DNA of 64,000 bases from Nitrospirota bacterium (GTDB lineage: Bacteria; Nitrospirota; UBA9217): assembly GCA_963740085.1 (NCBI GenBank), contig CAVUCU010000007.1, positions 160,001-224,000 of the forward strand, written 5' to 3'. The notes beneath the pieces are model-generated. The model saw nothing but the letters and a program-made list of their open reading frames with translations, was not told where the DNA came from and ran no database searches. The position numbers and the translations under genes are program-made. This document shows positions 38,345 through 48,415 of the stretch, piece by piece (within the stretch, counting starts at the first letter, position 1; every line of letters starts with the position of its first letter).

Positions 38345-38839
38345 ATGTCAAACTCGGAAAAGAACCTGCAGGACGCATTTGCCGGTGAATCCCAGGCGAA
38401 CAGAAAGTACCTCGCCTTCGCGAAGAAGGCGGAAGTGGAAGGCCATAAACAGGTTGCGAAATTGTTCCGCGCAGCCGCTGCAGCCGAGACCATCCATGCC
38501 CATAATCACCTGAGAGTGCTCGGAGTCGTTAAATCGACAAGGGACAACTTGATGGAAGCCATCAACGGCGAATCCTACGAATTCCAGAAAATGTATCCCC
38601 GGATGATAGCCGATGCGCAGGCTGAGGGCAACAGCAAAGCACTGCAGAGCTTTAACTATGCGAATGAGGTGGAGAAAGTGCATGCGGCGCTCTATCAAAA
38701 AGCGCTCGACAGCCTTGGAAGGAACGAGGACCTTGACTATTATGTCTGTTCCGTCTGCGGGTATACCGCCGAGGGCGAGGCGCCTGATGAATGCCCGGTC
38801 TGTAAAGCGAAGAGACAGGCATTTCACAAGGCGGAATAA
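38345..38839 (+). CDS. rbr: Rubrerythrin
   Basis: AFAGESQANRKY, ETIHA, EKVHA and CSVCGY..CPVC. Confidence 0.93.
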   Translation: MSNSEKNLQDAFAGESQANRKYLAFAKKAEVEGHKQVAKLFRAAAAAETIHAHNHLRVLGVVKSTRDNLMEAINGESYEFQKMYPRMIADAQAEGNSKALQSFNYANEVEKVHAALYQKALDSLGRNEDLDYYVCSVCGYTAEGEAPDECPVCKAKRQAFHKAE

Positions 38840-38842
38840 CAT

Positions 38843-39412
38843 TTGAAGATCATCGCATTCAACGGCAGCCCGCGTCCCGGAGGCAACACGGAGATCCTGC
38901 TCACAGAGGCACTGAAACCCCTCCGGGAGTCGGGCCATGCGGTGACGGTTTTTAAGCTCAACGGCATGGATATCAAACCGTGTCAGGACTGCGGCGGCTG
39001 CACCACAACAGGAGTCTGCATTCAGAAGGACAACATGCAGAAGATCTTCGACGCTATCCGGGAAGCCGATAGGATCATCCTCGCCTCCCCCATTTTTTTC
39101 TTCGGCTTGAGCGCGCAGACCAAGGCAATGATCGACCGGTGCCAGGCCTTCTGGTGTGAGAAATATCTCCTGAAGAAAGAGATCCCGGCGGGCCCTTACG
39201 GAAGAAAAGGACTGCTTCTTCTCGTCGGCGGCATGAAAAAAGAAACGGGAAAGGAATGTTCCGCGGGAACGGCAAAGGCCTTCTTCAGGACCGTAAGCGT
39301 ACCCGAACACGATATCCTTTTCTTCGGCGGGATCGATGCCAAGGGCGATATTCAGAAACATCCGACCGCTCTGAAAGAAACAAACGAAGCGGGAAAGCGG
39401 CTGGGACAATAA
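38843..39412 (+). CDS. Flavodoxin-family iron-sulfur flavoprotein
   Basis: GSPRPGGNT, CQDCGGC..C and ASPIFF. Confidence 0.9.
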   Translation: MKIIAFNGSPRPGGNTEILLTEALKPLRESGHAVTVFKLNGMDIKPCQDCGGCTTTGVCIQKDNMQKIFDAIREADRIILASPIFFFGLSAQTKAMIDRCQAFWCEKYLLKKEIPAGPYGRKGLLLLVGGMKKETGKECSAGTAKAFFRTVSVPEHDILFFGGIDAKGDIQKHPTALKETNEAGKRLGQ

Positions 39413-39414
39413 AT

Positions 39415-39453
39415 AAAAAAGAATGGCCGGCACGAGAGGGTACATGCCGGCCC
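39415..39453 (-). terminator. Intrinsic terminator (possibly bidirectional)
   Basis: GGCCGGCATG..CGTGCCGGCC followed by ATTCTTTTTT. Confidence 0.65.
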
Positions 39454-39476
39454 GTTGAAGATAAAACGACGATCCG

Positions 39477-39824
<348 letters not shown>

Positions 39825-39836
39825 TTAAAGAATGAT

Positions 39837-39944
39837 GATGCGTTGATGCGTGGAAGCGTGGATGCGGTAAAGATAAACCCCTGCGCCTCGACAGCAGGGT
39901 GTTTCTCCGCTCGTACGCATTCGCACCTATACACATCTACGCAC
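39837..39944. repeat. Octamer tandem repeats arranged as an inverted pair
   Basis: GATGCGTT GATGCGTG GAAGCGTG GATGCGGT ... TACGCATT..TACACATC TACGCAC. Confidence 0.55.
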
Positions 39945-41315
39945 TTATGAATTATACGCCCGCTCCCCGTGCTCGCTCTCATCGAGCCCGATCGTTTCTT
40001 CCTCCGCGCCGACCCGCAGGCCGACTGTCGCCTTTATGACCATGAAGATGATGAACGTCATCGCGGCGCTGTACACCAGGGTCACCGCTACTGCTATGAA
40101 CTGTGTCCAGAGCTGGCCGGGATTGCCGTAAAGCAGGCCTCTGCCCGCCTCGTTGATGGCCGGGTCCGCGAACACACCGGTTAAGAGCGCTCCAATGGTC
40201 CCGCCGACGCCGTGAATACCGAAGGCATCGAGCGTGTCGTCATACCCGAACATCGGTTTGAGCTTTGCCACTGCAAAGAACGGGATAACACCCGCCGCAA
40301 TGCCGATCACGATCGCGCCGCCGATGTTCACGAAGCCCGCGGCGGGAGTGATGGCCACCAGGCCGCCGACTGCACCTGAAGCCAGGCCGAGCACCGTGGG
40401 TTTGCCGGAGTGCATCCATTCAACGAACATCCAGGCGATCGCGGCGACCGCGGTCGCGGTATTCGTGTTAATGAATGCCGCGCCAGCCAGACCGTTCGCC
40501 GCAAGCGCCGATCCTGCATTGAATCCGAACCAGCCGAACCACAGCAATCCTGCACCGGTGACCACCAGGGTCAGATTGCCGGGAATGATCGCCTTTGCTT
40601 TGCGCTTGCCCAGGACCAGGGCGCCCACGAGCGCCGCAATACCCGCATTGATGTGAACCACCGTGCCTCCGGCGAAATCCAGAGCCCCGAGCTTAGCCAG
40701 GAATCCGCCGCCCCAGACCCAGTGGGCCACCGGAAGATAGACCACGGTCATCCAGAGCACGGAAAAGATGATCCATGCCGAGAACTTCATACGCTCGATG
40801 TAGGCGCCGCTGGCGAGAGCGACCGTGATCGCCGCAAACGTGAGTTGATACGCGATAAAGATATACTCGGGAATCGTTTTTGCCGCATCCGAGATGCTGT
40901 TCGGCCCGACGCCTTTCAGGAACAACTTCTCAGCACCGCCGATGATCCCCTTCAGGTCCGTGCCGAACGAAAAGGTGTACCCGTACAGGACCCACAACAC
41001 GCTCACGATACAGAAGGTCACGAAGGTCATGGCCATGGTGTTCAGCGTATCCTTGGTCTTTGACAGACCGCCGTAAAACAGCGCCAGGCCGGGGATCGAC
41101 ATCAGCATGACCATCGCCGTGGCCACGATCATCCAGGCAGTATCTCCGGTGTCGATCTTCGGAGCAGGAGCGGGTGCCGTTACTGCAACGGCTGTTGCGG
41201 CTGTTGCCGCTGGCGCTGCTGCCTCTTCTGCCCTGCCCGCAGCAGGAGCGAGAACAAGGGCCACTATCAGACACAACAGAACAACTACAACAGGCTTCAA
41301 AAATCCTACTTTCAT
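39945..41315 (-). CDS. amtB: Ammonium transporter Amt (copy 2)
   Basis: DFAGGTVVHINAG and DDTLDAFGIHGVGG. Confidence 0.95.
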   Translation of the reverse strand: MKVGFLKPVVVVLLCLIVALVLAPAAGRAEEAAAPAATAATAVAVTAPAPAPKIDTGDTAWMIVATAMVMLMSIPGLALFYGGLSKTKDTLNTMAMTFVTFCIVSVLWVLYGYTFSFGTDLKGIIGGAEKLFLKGVGPNSISDAAKTIPEYIFIAYQLTFAAITVALASGAYIERMKFSAWIIFSVLWMTVVYLPVAHWVWGGGFLAKLGALDFAGGTVVHINAGIAALVGALVLGKRKAKAIIPGNLTLVVTGAGLLWFGWFGFNAGSALAANGLAGAAFINTNTATAVAAIAWMFVEWMHSGKPTVLGLASGAVGGLVAITPAAGFVNIGGAIVIGIAAGVIPFFAVAKLKPMFGYDDTLDAFGIHGVGGTIGALLTGVFADPAINEAGRGLLYGNPGQLWTQFIAVAVTLVYSAAMTFIIFMVIKATVGLRVGAEEETIGLDESEHGERAYNS

Positions 41316-41367
41316 GGCTTATCCTCCCTTTGGTGTACCTTGTATAATTACTGAACACATGATAATA

Positions 41368-41383
41368 AGCAAGGCACATGCCA
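41368..41383 (-). promoter_or_regulatory. sigma54 promoter (amt2-glnK)
   Basis: TGGCATGTGCCTTGCT; ATAAAATCAAT at 41417-41427; tandem 17-mers at 41491-41526. Confidence 0.85.
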
Positions 41384-41610
41384 AAAAAAGGATTCCGCTC
41401 TTTTGAAGAAAATCATATTGATTTTATTGGTGGATTATATTTTTTGGAAGGAACAGGCATGTGGGCAGACAATTGTCGGCGTAGATCTCGAGATGCTATT
41501 TTAGGCAAGTGACCAAATGTTAAGCATGATCCACTTGAAAAGGAGTTTGACATTCAGGTCCGCGGGAATAAGTCCGTACCGATCGGGACCAACACCATGG
41601 TGAGCAAGTC

Positions 41611-41953
41611 TCATATCGCAGCGTTGCCGTGCTCTCCGGTCCTGACGCGCGACCACTTCCGCCAGTCTCGATACGAAAATCTTGCCGTCTCCGATATCCC
41701 CGGTCCTGGCCTGGTCCTGGATCATAAAGATCACCGTGTCCGCCATTGCATCCGGCACAACGACCTCGATCTTCACCTTCGGCAGAAAGGTGCTGGAGAT
41801 ATCCATTCCATGATATAGTTCGACATGCCCCTTCTGCCTGCCGAATCCCCTCGCATCGGGAGTAACGGTCAACCCGCTGACGCCGGCGGCGCTCAGGGCT
41901 TCCTTGACCGCTTCAAGCTTGAACGGTTTTATGATCGCTTCGATCTTTATCAT
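41611..41953 (-). CDS. Divergent PII protein with an apparent +1 frameshift near the C-terminus
   Basis: Removing one base near 41650 restores EVVRVRTGEHGNAAI* (TGA at 41611-41613). The Tyr51-equivalent position is Ile. Confidence 0.75.
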
Positions 41954-42072
41954 AATCCTCCGGAGAATCGATGCTCTCTTTGTGTTTACGTGATACTGAA
42001 ATCGGGACAGGCGCTCACCTCAACATCGCTCAGTCCCATCGTACCGTCGGATGTCCCACGCGACGACCCACG

Positions 42073-42411
42073 TTATATTGCTGCTATGCCGGTCTCGTTG
42101 GTTCGTATCCTTATGGCGTCGGCCATGTCGTGAACGAATATCTTTCCGTCTCCCACCTCGCCGGTCAATGCGGCATCACGGATGGACTTGACGATCCTGT
42201 CCGCATCTTCGTCCTTTACGACTACTTCAACTCTCATTTTGGCCACCAGGTTTACTTTATACGATACCCCGCGGTACTTCGTTACGATCCCATTTTGGCG
42301 TCCATGCCCTTTAATTTCAGAGACCGTTACACCGGGATGGCCCACTTTGTCCAAAGCTGCGCAAACCTCTGAAACCTTGGCCGGACGTATAAAAGCTTCG
42401 ATCCTTTTCAT
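42073..42411 (-). CDS. Divergent PII protein
   Basis: MKRIEAFIRP, GHGRQNG, YRGVSY and GEVGDGKIF. Confidence 0.9.
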   Translation of the reverse strand: MKRIEAFIRPAKVSEVCAALDKVGHPGVTVSEIKGHGRQNGIVTKYRGVSYKVNLVAKMRVEVVVKDEDADRIVKSIRDAALTGEVGDGKIFVHDMADAIRIRTNETGIAAI

Positions 42412-42457
42412 TGAGGAACTCCTTTCAGCACTTGAGTGACTTTCGTCGTAACGCATC

Positions 42458-42492
42458 AAAAAATGGGCCGGCATGAAAACACATGCCGGCCC
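42458..42492 (-). terminator. Intrinsic terminator after glnK
   Basis: GGGCCGGCATG-TGTTTT-CATGCCGGCCC followed by ATTTTTT. Confidence 0.75.
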
Positions 42493-42534
42493 TGTGTTTC
42501 CCCTACGATCTGGGAGGATAATGGGGGTAAACGC

Positions 42535-42888
<354 letters not shown>

Positions 42889-44529
42889 CTAACGATGTGT
42901 TTTCCGCATATTGAAGTCAGGATAGGCGGTTACCGCCACTTCACCCTGGTCGAGTCCTTCCATCTCCGAGCTCCGGATCGACCCTGAGCGGGACGATCTT
43001 ATCGAGGACCTTGAAGAACACGTACATAATAATGAAGACGAACGATGATATTCGTCAGCGATCCCGACCAGTCTGCGCGGCAAACTGTGACCCGCCGCCA
43101 TAGAACAACCCTTTGACCGTACCCGCTACACCGTTCAGTCCATCGCCATAGGTTCCGTCTGCAAAAAGTCCGAGAGATAATACGCCCCAGGCCCCGTTTA
43201 CGCCATGGACCGAGATTGCGCCGACAGGATCATCGACCTTCATGGTCCGCTCCACAAAGAACACGCTCACGCAGACGAGAATGCCCGCTATTGCCCGATG
43301 ATCACGGCCGATACCGAGTTCACAAAAGCGCAGGGGGCAGTGATCGCCACAAGACCGGCCAAGAAGTCCGTTTGCCGATCATCGAGATGTCCGGTTTGCC
43401 GAACCTGAACCACATATACAGCATGGATGAGAACGCTGCAGCGCCACCGGCAAGCATGGTATTGGTGGCAACCACGCCGATCCGCAGATCGCCGCCAGCC
43501 AGTGAAGAACCCGGCGTTGAAACCGAACCAGCCGAAGGCCAGGATGAAGCAGCCCACTACTGCCATGGGAATGTGATGTCCGGGAATGGCGTTCGGCGTA
43601 CCATCAGCCTTGAACTTGCCAAGCCGCGGGACCAAGAACCATGGCCCCTGCAAGCGCTGCCACGCCGCCGGTCATATGCACCACCGAGGAACCGGCAAAA
43701 TCAAGAATGTCCATGGCCAAGCCCGAAGTTGTTGCCGAGCTGTGAGAGCCAGCCGCCTCCCCAGACCCAGTTTGCATACAGCGGATATACTATGCCCGCG
43801 ATAAAGAACCCGTAGACGATGAAGGATTTGAACGTCCACCGCTCTGCCATTGCGAACCGGTCGGGATCGTGGCCGTCGTGTCCATGAACACCATCTGGAA
43901 CAGAAATATGGTGAAGACCACCGCATCATAGCTCACTCCGGAAAGAAAGAACCCTTTGGTGCCGAAAAGCCCGAAGTCTTTGCCAAACAGGTGGATGACG
44001 AACTCACTGTTCGAGCCCGGTTCCTCCGCCAAGCGAGGCAGCGCCGCCGGAGCCGCCCATCTGGATCGCAAAACCGACTGCCCAGTACCCAAGCATGCCG
44101 ATGACATAGACCATGAAGTTCATTGCCATCGTGTGGCCCGCATTCTTGGCCTGCGTGAAGCCCGTTTCCGCCATGGCGAACCCGGCCTGCATAAACATGA
44201 CGAGGAAGCCGCAGATAAGGGTCCACACCACATTGATCGCGATCCGGTTATGCCCGATCACGTCCGCAAGCTTTACCGCCAGCGGCTCTGTGGTAGCCAT
44301 GTTCTTCATATCATCCGCGGTCGGTGCATCCTGCGGATGCGCCGATCACATCCCCAGCGCCGCCGGTATTGGCGCCTGACGGATCGGAGGTCGGCGCAGG
44401 AGCCGCCGCTGCTGCAGAAGCGGGTGGTGCGGCCTGATCATCCGCGAAGACTGCACCGCCGATAACCGCAACCATAAGTGACAAAATCATCGCAACGATA
44501 AAGCGTTTTTTGTTCGCTATGAACTTCAT
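42889..44529 (-). pseudogene. amt: Ammonium transporter Amt (copy 3), broken by about a dozen frameshifts (probably sequencing errors)
   Basis: Consecutive fragments [54 protein letters not shown] and [14 protein letters not shown] fall in shifting frames. Confidence 0.85.
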
Positions 44530-44559
44530 GATAAACCTCCTCTTTCCTTTCAATAATCC

Positions 44560-45702
44560 CTACCAGGCGTACATCACGCCGAGCGCGATGGTGTCCTGCG
44601 TCTTTTTTGTGCTGTTGTCGAATGACTCCTGGTCCGACGAATCATGACGATATTCAGGCCGTACGATGAGACCACCGTCCAGCCGGATCTCCGGTGTCAC
44701 CGTCACTTCCTTCAACTTTTGGACCGTGCCGGTTCTGTATCCGTCCTTGTCGTCGAAATACTCACCGCGCACCGCAATACTGTAGGTTTCGTTGAAGTCG
44801 TACTTTACAATACCCGACAGGCCCGACCACTTCGCATCCGTCGTAATGCCTGAGGGAAGCAGCGTACCGTCAACATTCTCCTCCTTGCCGTCGTCGTAGT
44901 TCAAGATGATCGAGAGCGGCTTTATCGGCTTGATCGTGGCCACAATGTCGATGAGGGTCCTGTTGTCCCTGTTGTTATCGGTCTGTTCCGGCCCCCGGAT
45001 CACGTTGACGCTGGCAGAAAACATTTCCATCGGCGCCACGCCGACACTCAGGCCGAGCGACTTGCCCTTGTTGTTGTCTGTTGCATTATCCCAGCCATTT
45101 ACCAGAAACACGGCTGCGTTCACTACATCATTGAACGCGTAGCTCACTTTCAACCCGGTATGCGTGAGCGGTTCGGCATAGTTGAACAGGAACGAACGCG
45201 AATAGTTCGCATTGTCCTTTGCCTCCATCACTTCAGCCCCTATGAATGTGCCCATCTTCCCGAGATCAAATCTGAGTCCCTTCCCCACGGGCACGATATA
45301 GCTCACATACGCCTCGGTCACGTCGAACGAATCCAGTCCCGCATCACCCAGGCCGACCGAATGGATCAGTTTTGCCGTTTCACCGGCTGAAAGCTTTACC
45401 TTGTATCCGGCCGTACCAGAAGCAGCGTCCTTCAAGAATATGAGTTCTGCCAAATCCAAACCAAAGCTGTTCGCCTTGTGATCCAGCCACCGCAGGTCGT
45501 TTTCCCCCGATCCGGTCGTTGTCGAACTCGCGTTGCCGTTGTACGTATAGCCGCCCTGGACATAAACACTCAGTCCCAATGCGTTCTTCACGGCATCGGG
45601 GTTGAGACCCGCGGGCTTCGCCTCCTCAGCGAAGGCCGTCACACTCAATGCAACCATTACGCAAAAAACCGCCAAACTGAACTTCAAACCGATCTTTTTC
45701 AT
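44560..45702 (-). CDS. Outer-membrane beta-barrel porin (DUF1597/BBP2-like)
   Basis: Signal peptide, GKMGTFIGAEV, NYSRSFLF..PLTHTG, NGWD, RPEYRHD and C-terminal YAW. Confidence 0.8.
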   Translation of the reverse strand: MKKIGLKFSLAVFCVMVALSVTAFAEEAKPAGLNPDAVKNALGLSVYVQGGYTYNGNASSTTTGSGENDLRWLDHKANSFGLDLAELIFLKDAASGTAGYKVKLSAGETAKLIHSVGLGDAGLDSFDVTEAYVSYIVPVGKGLRFDLGKMGTFIGAEVMEAKDNANYSRSFLFNYAEPLTHTGLKVSYAFNDVVNAAVFLVNGWDNATDNNKGKSLGLSVGVAPMEMFSASVNVIRGPEQTDNNRDNRTLIDIVATIKPIKPLSIILNYDDGKEENVDGTLLPSGITTDAKWSGLSGIVKYDFNETYSIAVRGEYFDDKDGYRTGTVQKLKEVTVTPEIRLDGGLIVRPEYRHDSSDQESFDNSTKKTQDTIALGVMYAW

Positions 45703-45817
45703 CCCTTCCTCCTTGTAATTCTGATTTTATCCTGCTTCTTTTCAGGGCAGGGCATTCTGATGAAAGCCTCCGGAGCTTTCGAAAGTTGTCAGCATCAACT
45801 TCACTGCATTGCCTTTT
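45703..45817 (-). promoter_or_regulatory. Conserved structured 5' leader, homologous to the nifH leader
   Basis: Core AACTTTCGAAAGCTCCGGAGGCTTT; collinear with 59105-59220. Confidence 0.55.
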
Positions 45818-45833
45818 TGCAAGGCACATGCCA
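45818..45833 (-). promoter_or_regulatory. sigma54 promoter (porin-amt3-glnK)
   Basis: TGGCATGTGCCTTGCA; tandem 17-mers at 45931-45966. Confidence 0.85.
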
Positions 45834-46078
45834 CAAATCAGAACGAACGTGTTTATCAGCTTTCCCCTGATATATTAAGATCTTTTCCCGTTGGAATTAT
45901 TGAGATGCGACTGGAGGATCAGGAATGCCTCGTTCAATCTCTGAGCAAGTGATGAAATAATGGACAGCATGGCGTTGATCATCATGAATGTTCGCTGATG
46001 ATGGCGGGATGCGACGTGAACAGGTGACGCTACATGACCGACGAAACCCTTCGAACAGTAAATGAAGGCTCCCTGCGA

Positions 46079-47245
46079 TCAGGCGACATCCCGCAGCAGT
46101 CTCGCCTCAAGCACACCCGTGGCTGCGGAGTTGCCTGATGCCGCCACGATATCACTCCGGAATTGATCCAGGTAGGCGCCTATTTCCCGCGCACCGGCCA
46201 ACTCGAGAAATTCGTCGGACTTGATCCGATCAAGGATCCTCATCAGATTTCTGTCGCCGCTCTCGATGTTGAAACGGGACAACACACTGCGCAGTCCGGC
46301 CCGTCCTATGAGCTTGCTCAGGACTATCAATCGATCACCTCCGGACAAGGCCGGGTCCGCGGGTTCGTAGCAAACGGGATCCTGCAGAATACCGTGAATG
46401 TGAAGCCCCGACTTGTGCGCGAATGCGCGCTTCTCAAAATGGCGGCGGTTGATCGAACCGGAGATCAGCTCCCGGGCCAGCTTCAACGGCTCTTCATATT
46501 CGCGGCCGATCTTTTTCCGCCGTGCTTCTCCCTGTTTCGAGCACGCAAGGAGGTCTTCAAGTGCAACAAGCCCTGCCCTCTCCCCAAGACCCAGAATGCT
46601 TGCATCGATGCATTGCGCGCCGAGTCCGATAGCCGTCACTGCGTTCGCAAAGGCATGGCCGAGATCATTATGAAAATGGAAGTGCAGCGCATCAAAGGGA
46701 AGGACAGCGGAGAGGCTCTTCTGGAGTCCTGCAATGCGGGCAGGTGTGTCCGTTCCCACGGTGTCCGCATAGCTCAGGCGGTCCGTGCCCAGCTCCTTCA
46801 AATGACCGTAGAGCTCGGCAAGCTCGTTCCGATCGGTGCGCGATGCGTCCTCGCACGTGAAGCGGACTGACAAGCCGAGCTCTTTCGCAGTGAGGATCGC
46901 CGCGGATATCCGCTCGTATGCAGCGCGTCTTGTCAATCCATACCGTTTCAGGCTCAAGGTGTTTATGCCGGAGAACAGGCCTATCCACCCCAGTCCGAGA
47001 TCCCTTGCCGTCCGGATCTCATCCCGGTCCAGCCGTGCGTGCGCGATCAGGCGGGCCCTCAAGGGAAGCGCCGCGATCTCGGCCACGGCCTGCCGTATCG
47101 ATGGGGCCGCGGCCGGATGGCCGACCTCGATAAAATCGACACCCATCTCGTCGAGCAGGCAAGCCAGTTTTTTCTTTGTCTCGATCGGGAAGAAGACTCC
47201 ATAGCATTGTTCCCCTTCCCGGAGCGTTGTATCCAGTATTTCCAT
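46079..47245 (-). CDS. nifV: Homocitrate synthase
   Basis: DTTLREGEQ, EDASR, ADTVG, HFHNDLG and AHKSGLH; nif context. Confidence 0.8.
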   Translation of the reverse strand: MEILDTTLREGEQCYGVFFPIETKKKLACLLDEMGVDFIEVGHPAAAPSIRQAVAEIAALPLRARLIAHARLDRDEIRTARDLGLGWIGLFSGINTLSLKRYGLTRRAAYERISAAILTAKELGLSVRFTCEDASRTDRNELAELYGHLKELGTDRLSYADTVGTDTPARIAGLQKSLSAVLPFDALHFHFHNDLGHAFANAVTAIGLGAQCIDASILGLGERAGLVALEDLLACSKQGEARRKKIGREYEEPLKLARELISGSINRRHFEKRAFAHKSGLHIHGILQDPVCYEPADPALSGGDRLIVLSKLIGRAGLRSVLSRFNIESGDRNLMRILDRIKSDEFLELAGAREIGAYLDQFRSDIVAASGNSAATGVLEARLLRDVA

Positions 47246-47258
47246 GGCAGTTGACACC

Positions 47259-47474
47259 TCAGGATGTCTTTACAGATCGACATGAGTCGGCAAATCGGTG
47301 TGAAACATTCAGTGGATACTTATTCGCCAGATAAAGCCCGCACAACAGGGATCCCCAGGCAATAAGCGTCGTAAAGACCGCGATCCTTCCCTTGTCGAGG
47401 TCCTTCATCCGTCCGATCAGGAATGAAACGAAGAACGTCGTCATTGCAAATGCCAATATTCCGAATATCATCAT
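47259..47474 (-). CDS. Small two-TM hypothetical protein in the nifB operon
   Basis: Upstream AAGGGAG RBS and two hydrophobic segments; its stop overlaps the nifV RBS (TGAGGTG). Confidence 0.55.
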   Translation of the reverse strand: MMIFGILAFAMTTFFVSFLIGRMKDLDKGRIAVFTTLIAWGSLLCGLYLANKYPLNVSHRFADSCRSVKTS

Positions 47475-47524
47475 GGTCCATCATCTCCCTTCTTAACCCG
47501 GACAAGCAGGAAACAACACCTCGG

Positions 47525-47620
47525 AACGCGAAGGCGCGAAGGTCGCGAAGTTGTGCTAAGATTCTATGGTTAAATACCAGGAGTTAAGGATTTCCTTAGC
47601 GCCCTTGGCGCCTTTGCGGT
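47525..47620. repeat. Intergenic palindromic element
   Basis: AACGCGAAGGCGCGAAGGTCGCGAAG ... CTTAGCGCCCTTGGCGCCTTTGCGGT. Confidence 0.6.
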
Positions 47621-47666
47621 AAATATTCTTTCCATTTTTAAAGGATTTGGTTTCTCCAGTTACTAA

Positions 47667-48413
47667 TTATGACCGGCAGACCTCACAGTGCTCGTCACGG
47701 GGTATCCGCACCTTCCTGAAATCCATGTCATACGTATTAAACACCAGCATCTCCGAGAGCAGCGGCTTTCCGTACCCGGTAAGCAGTTTGATCGCTTCGA
47801 GCGCCATCATGCAGCCGAGCATACCGGAGACCGCTCCCATGACCGGAAACCCCAGTTCTTCCCATGATGGGTCGTCCTCGGGATGGACGCAATGGAGGCA
47901 GGGTGTGACCTGCGGCAACACATTGAAGAGATATCCCTCCATTCCATTCATGGCTGCCTCGACCATAGGAATGCCCTTCTCGACGCAGGCCCTGTTCAGG
48001 ATGCGCCGCTCGCTGAAATTGGGCCTCGCGGACAGCGCGATCCGGGCGGTCCGGATCAGGTTCTCGACATTTGCCTCCGTTATCCGCTCATCGACAGTCT
48101 CGATCTCCACATCAGGGTTCATCTCCTGGAGCGTCTTCTTCGCCTGGACAACTCTGCTTTTGCCGATCGCCTTATTTTTCATGATGACCTGGCGGTTCAT
48201 GTTCGACAGGGTCAGGTTCCCCGCGTGCACCAGGATGAGCCTGCCGATCCCGGCCGCGGCAAGATAGAGCGCCGCGGTCCCGCCCAATCCGCCGATCCCG
48301 GCAACAAGCGCTGTCGAATTCCTAAGCCAACGCTGGTGGTCGGCCGTGAAGCCCCGAAGCATCAGCTGGCGCCGGTACCGTTCCCGGTCCGTATTATTCA
48401 GTTCGAGCTGCAT
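47667..48413 (-). CDS. hesA: HesA/MoeB/ThiF-family adenylyltransferase
   Basis: ERYRRQL, GIGGLGG, SNMNRQ, PCLHC and CEVC; nif-linked. Confidence 0.85.
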   Translation of the reverse strand: MQLELNNTDRERYRRQLMLRGFTADHQRWLRNSTALVAGIGGLGGTAALYLAAAGIGRLILVHAGNLTLSNMNRQVIMKNKAIGKSRVVQAKKTLQEMNPDVEIETVDERITEANVENLIRTARIALSARPNFSERRILNRACVEKGIPMVEAAMNGMEGYLFNVLPQVTPCLHCVHPEDDPSWEELGFPVMGAVSGMLGCMMALEAIKLLTGYGKPLLSEMLVFNTYDMDFRKVRIPRDEHCEVCRS

Positions 48414-48415
48414 GG

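Noticed and set aside
41501-41610. C-terminal extension of the PII ORF in the track (150 aa)
   Set aside because: It results from the +1 frameshift, runs over the amt2 enhancer sites, and the canonical C-terminus is present in the shifted frame.
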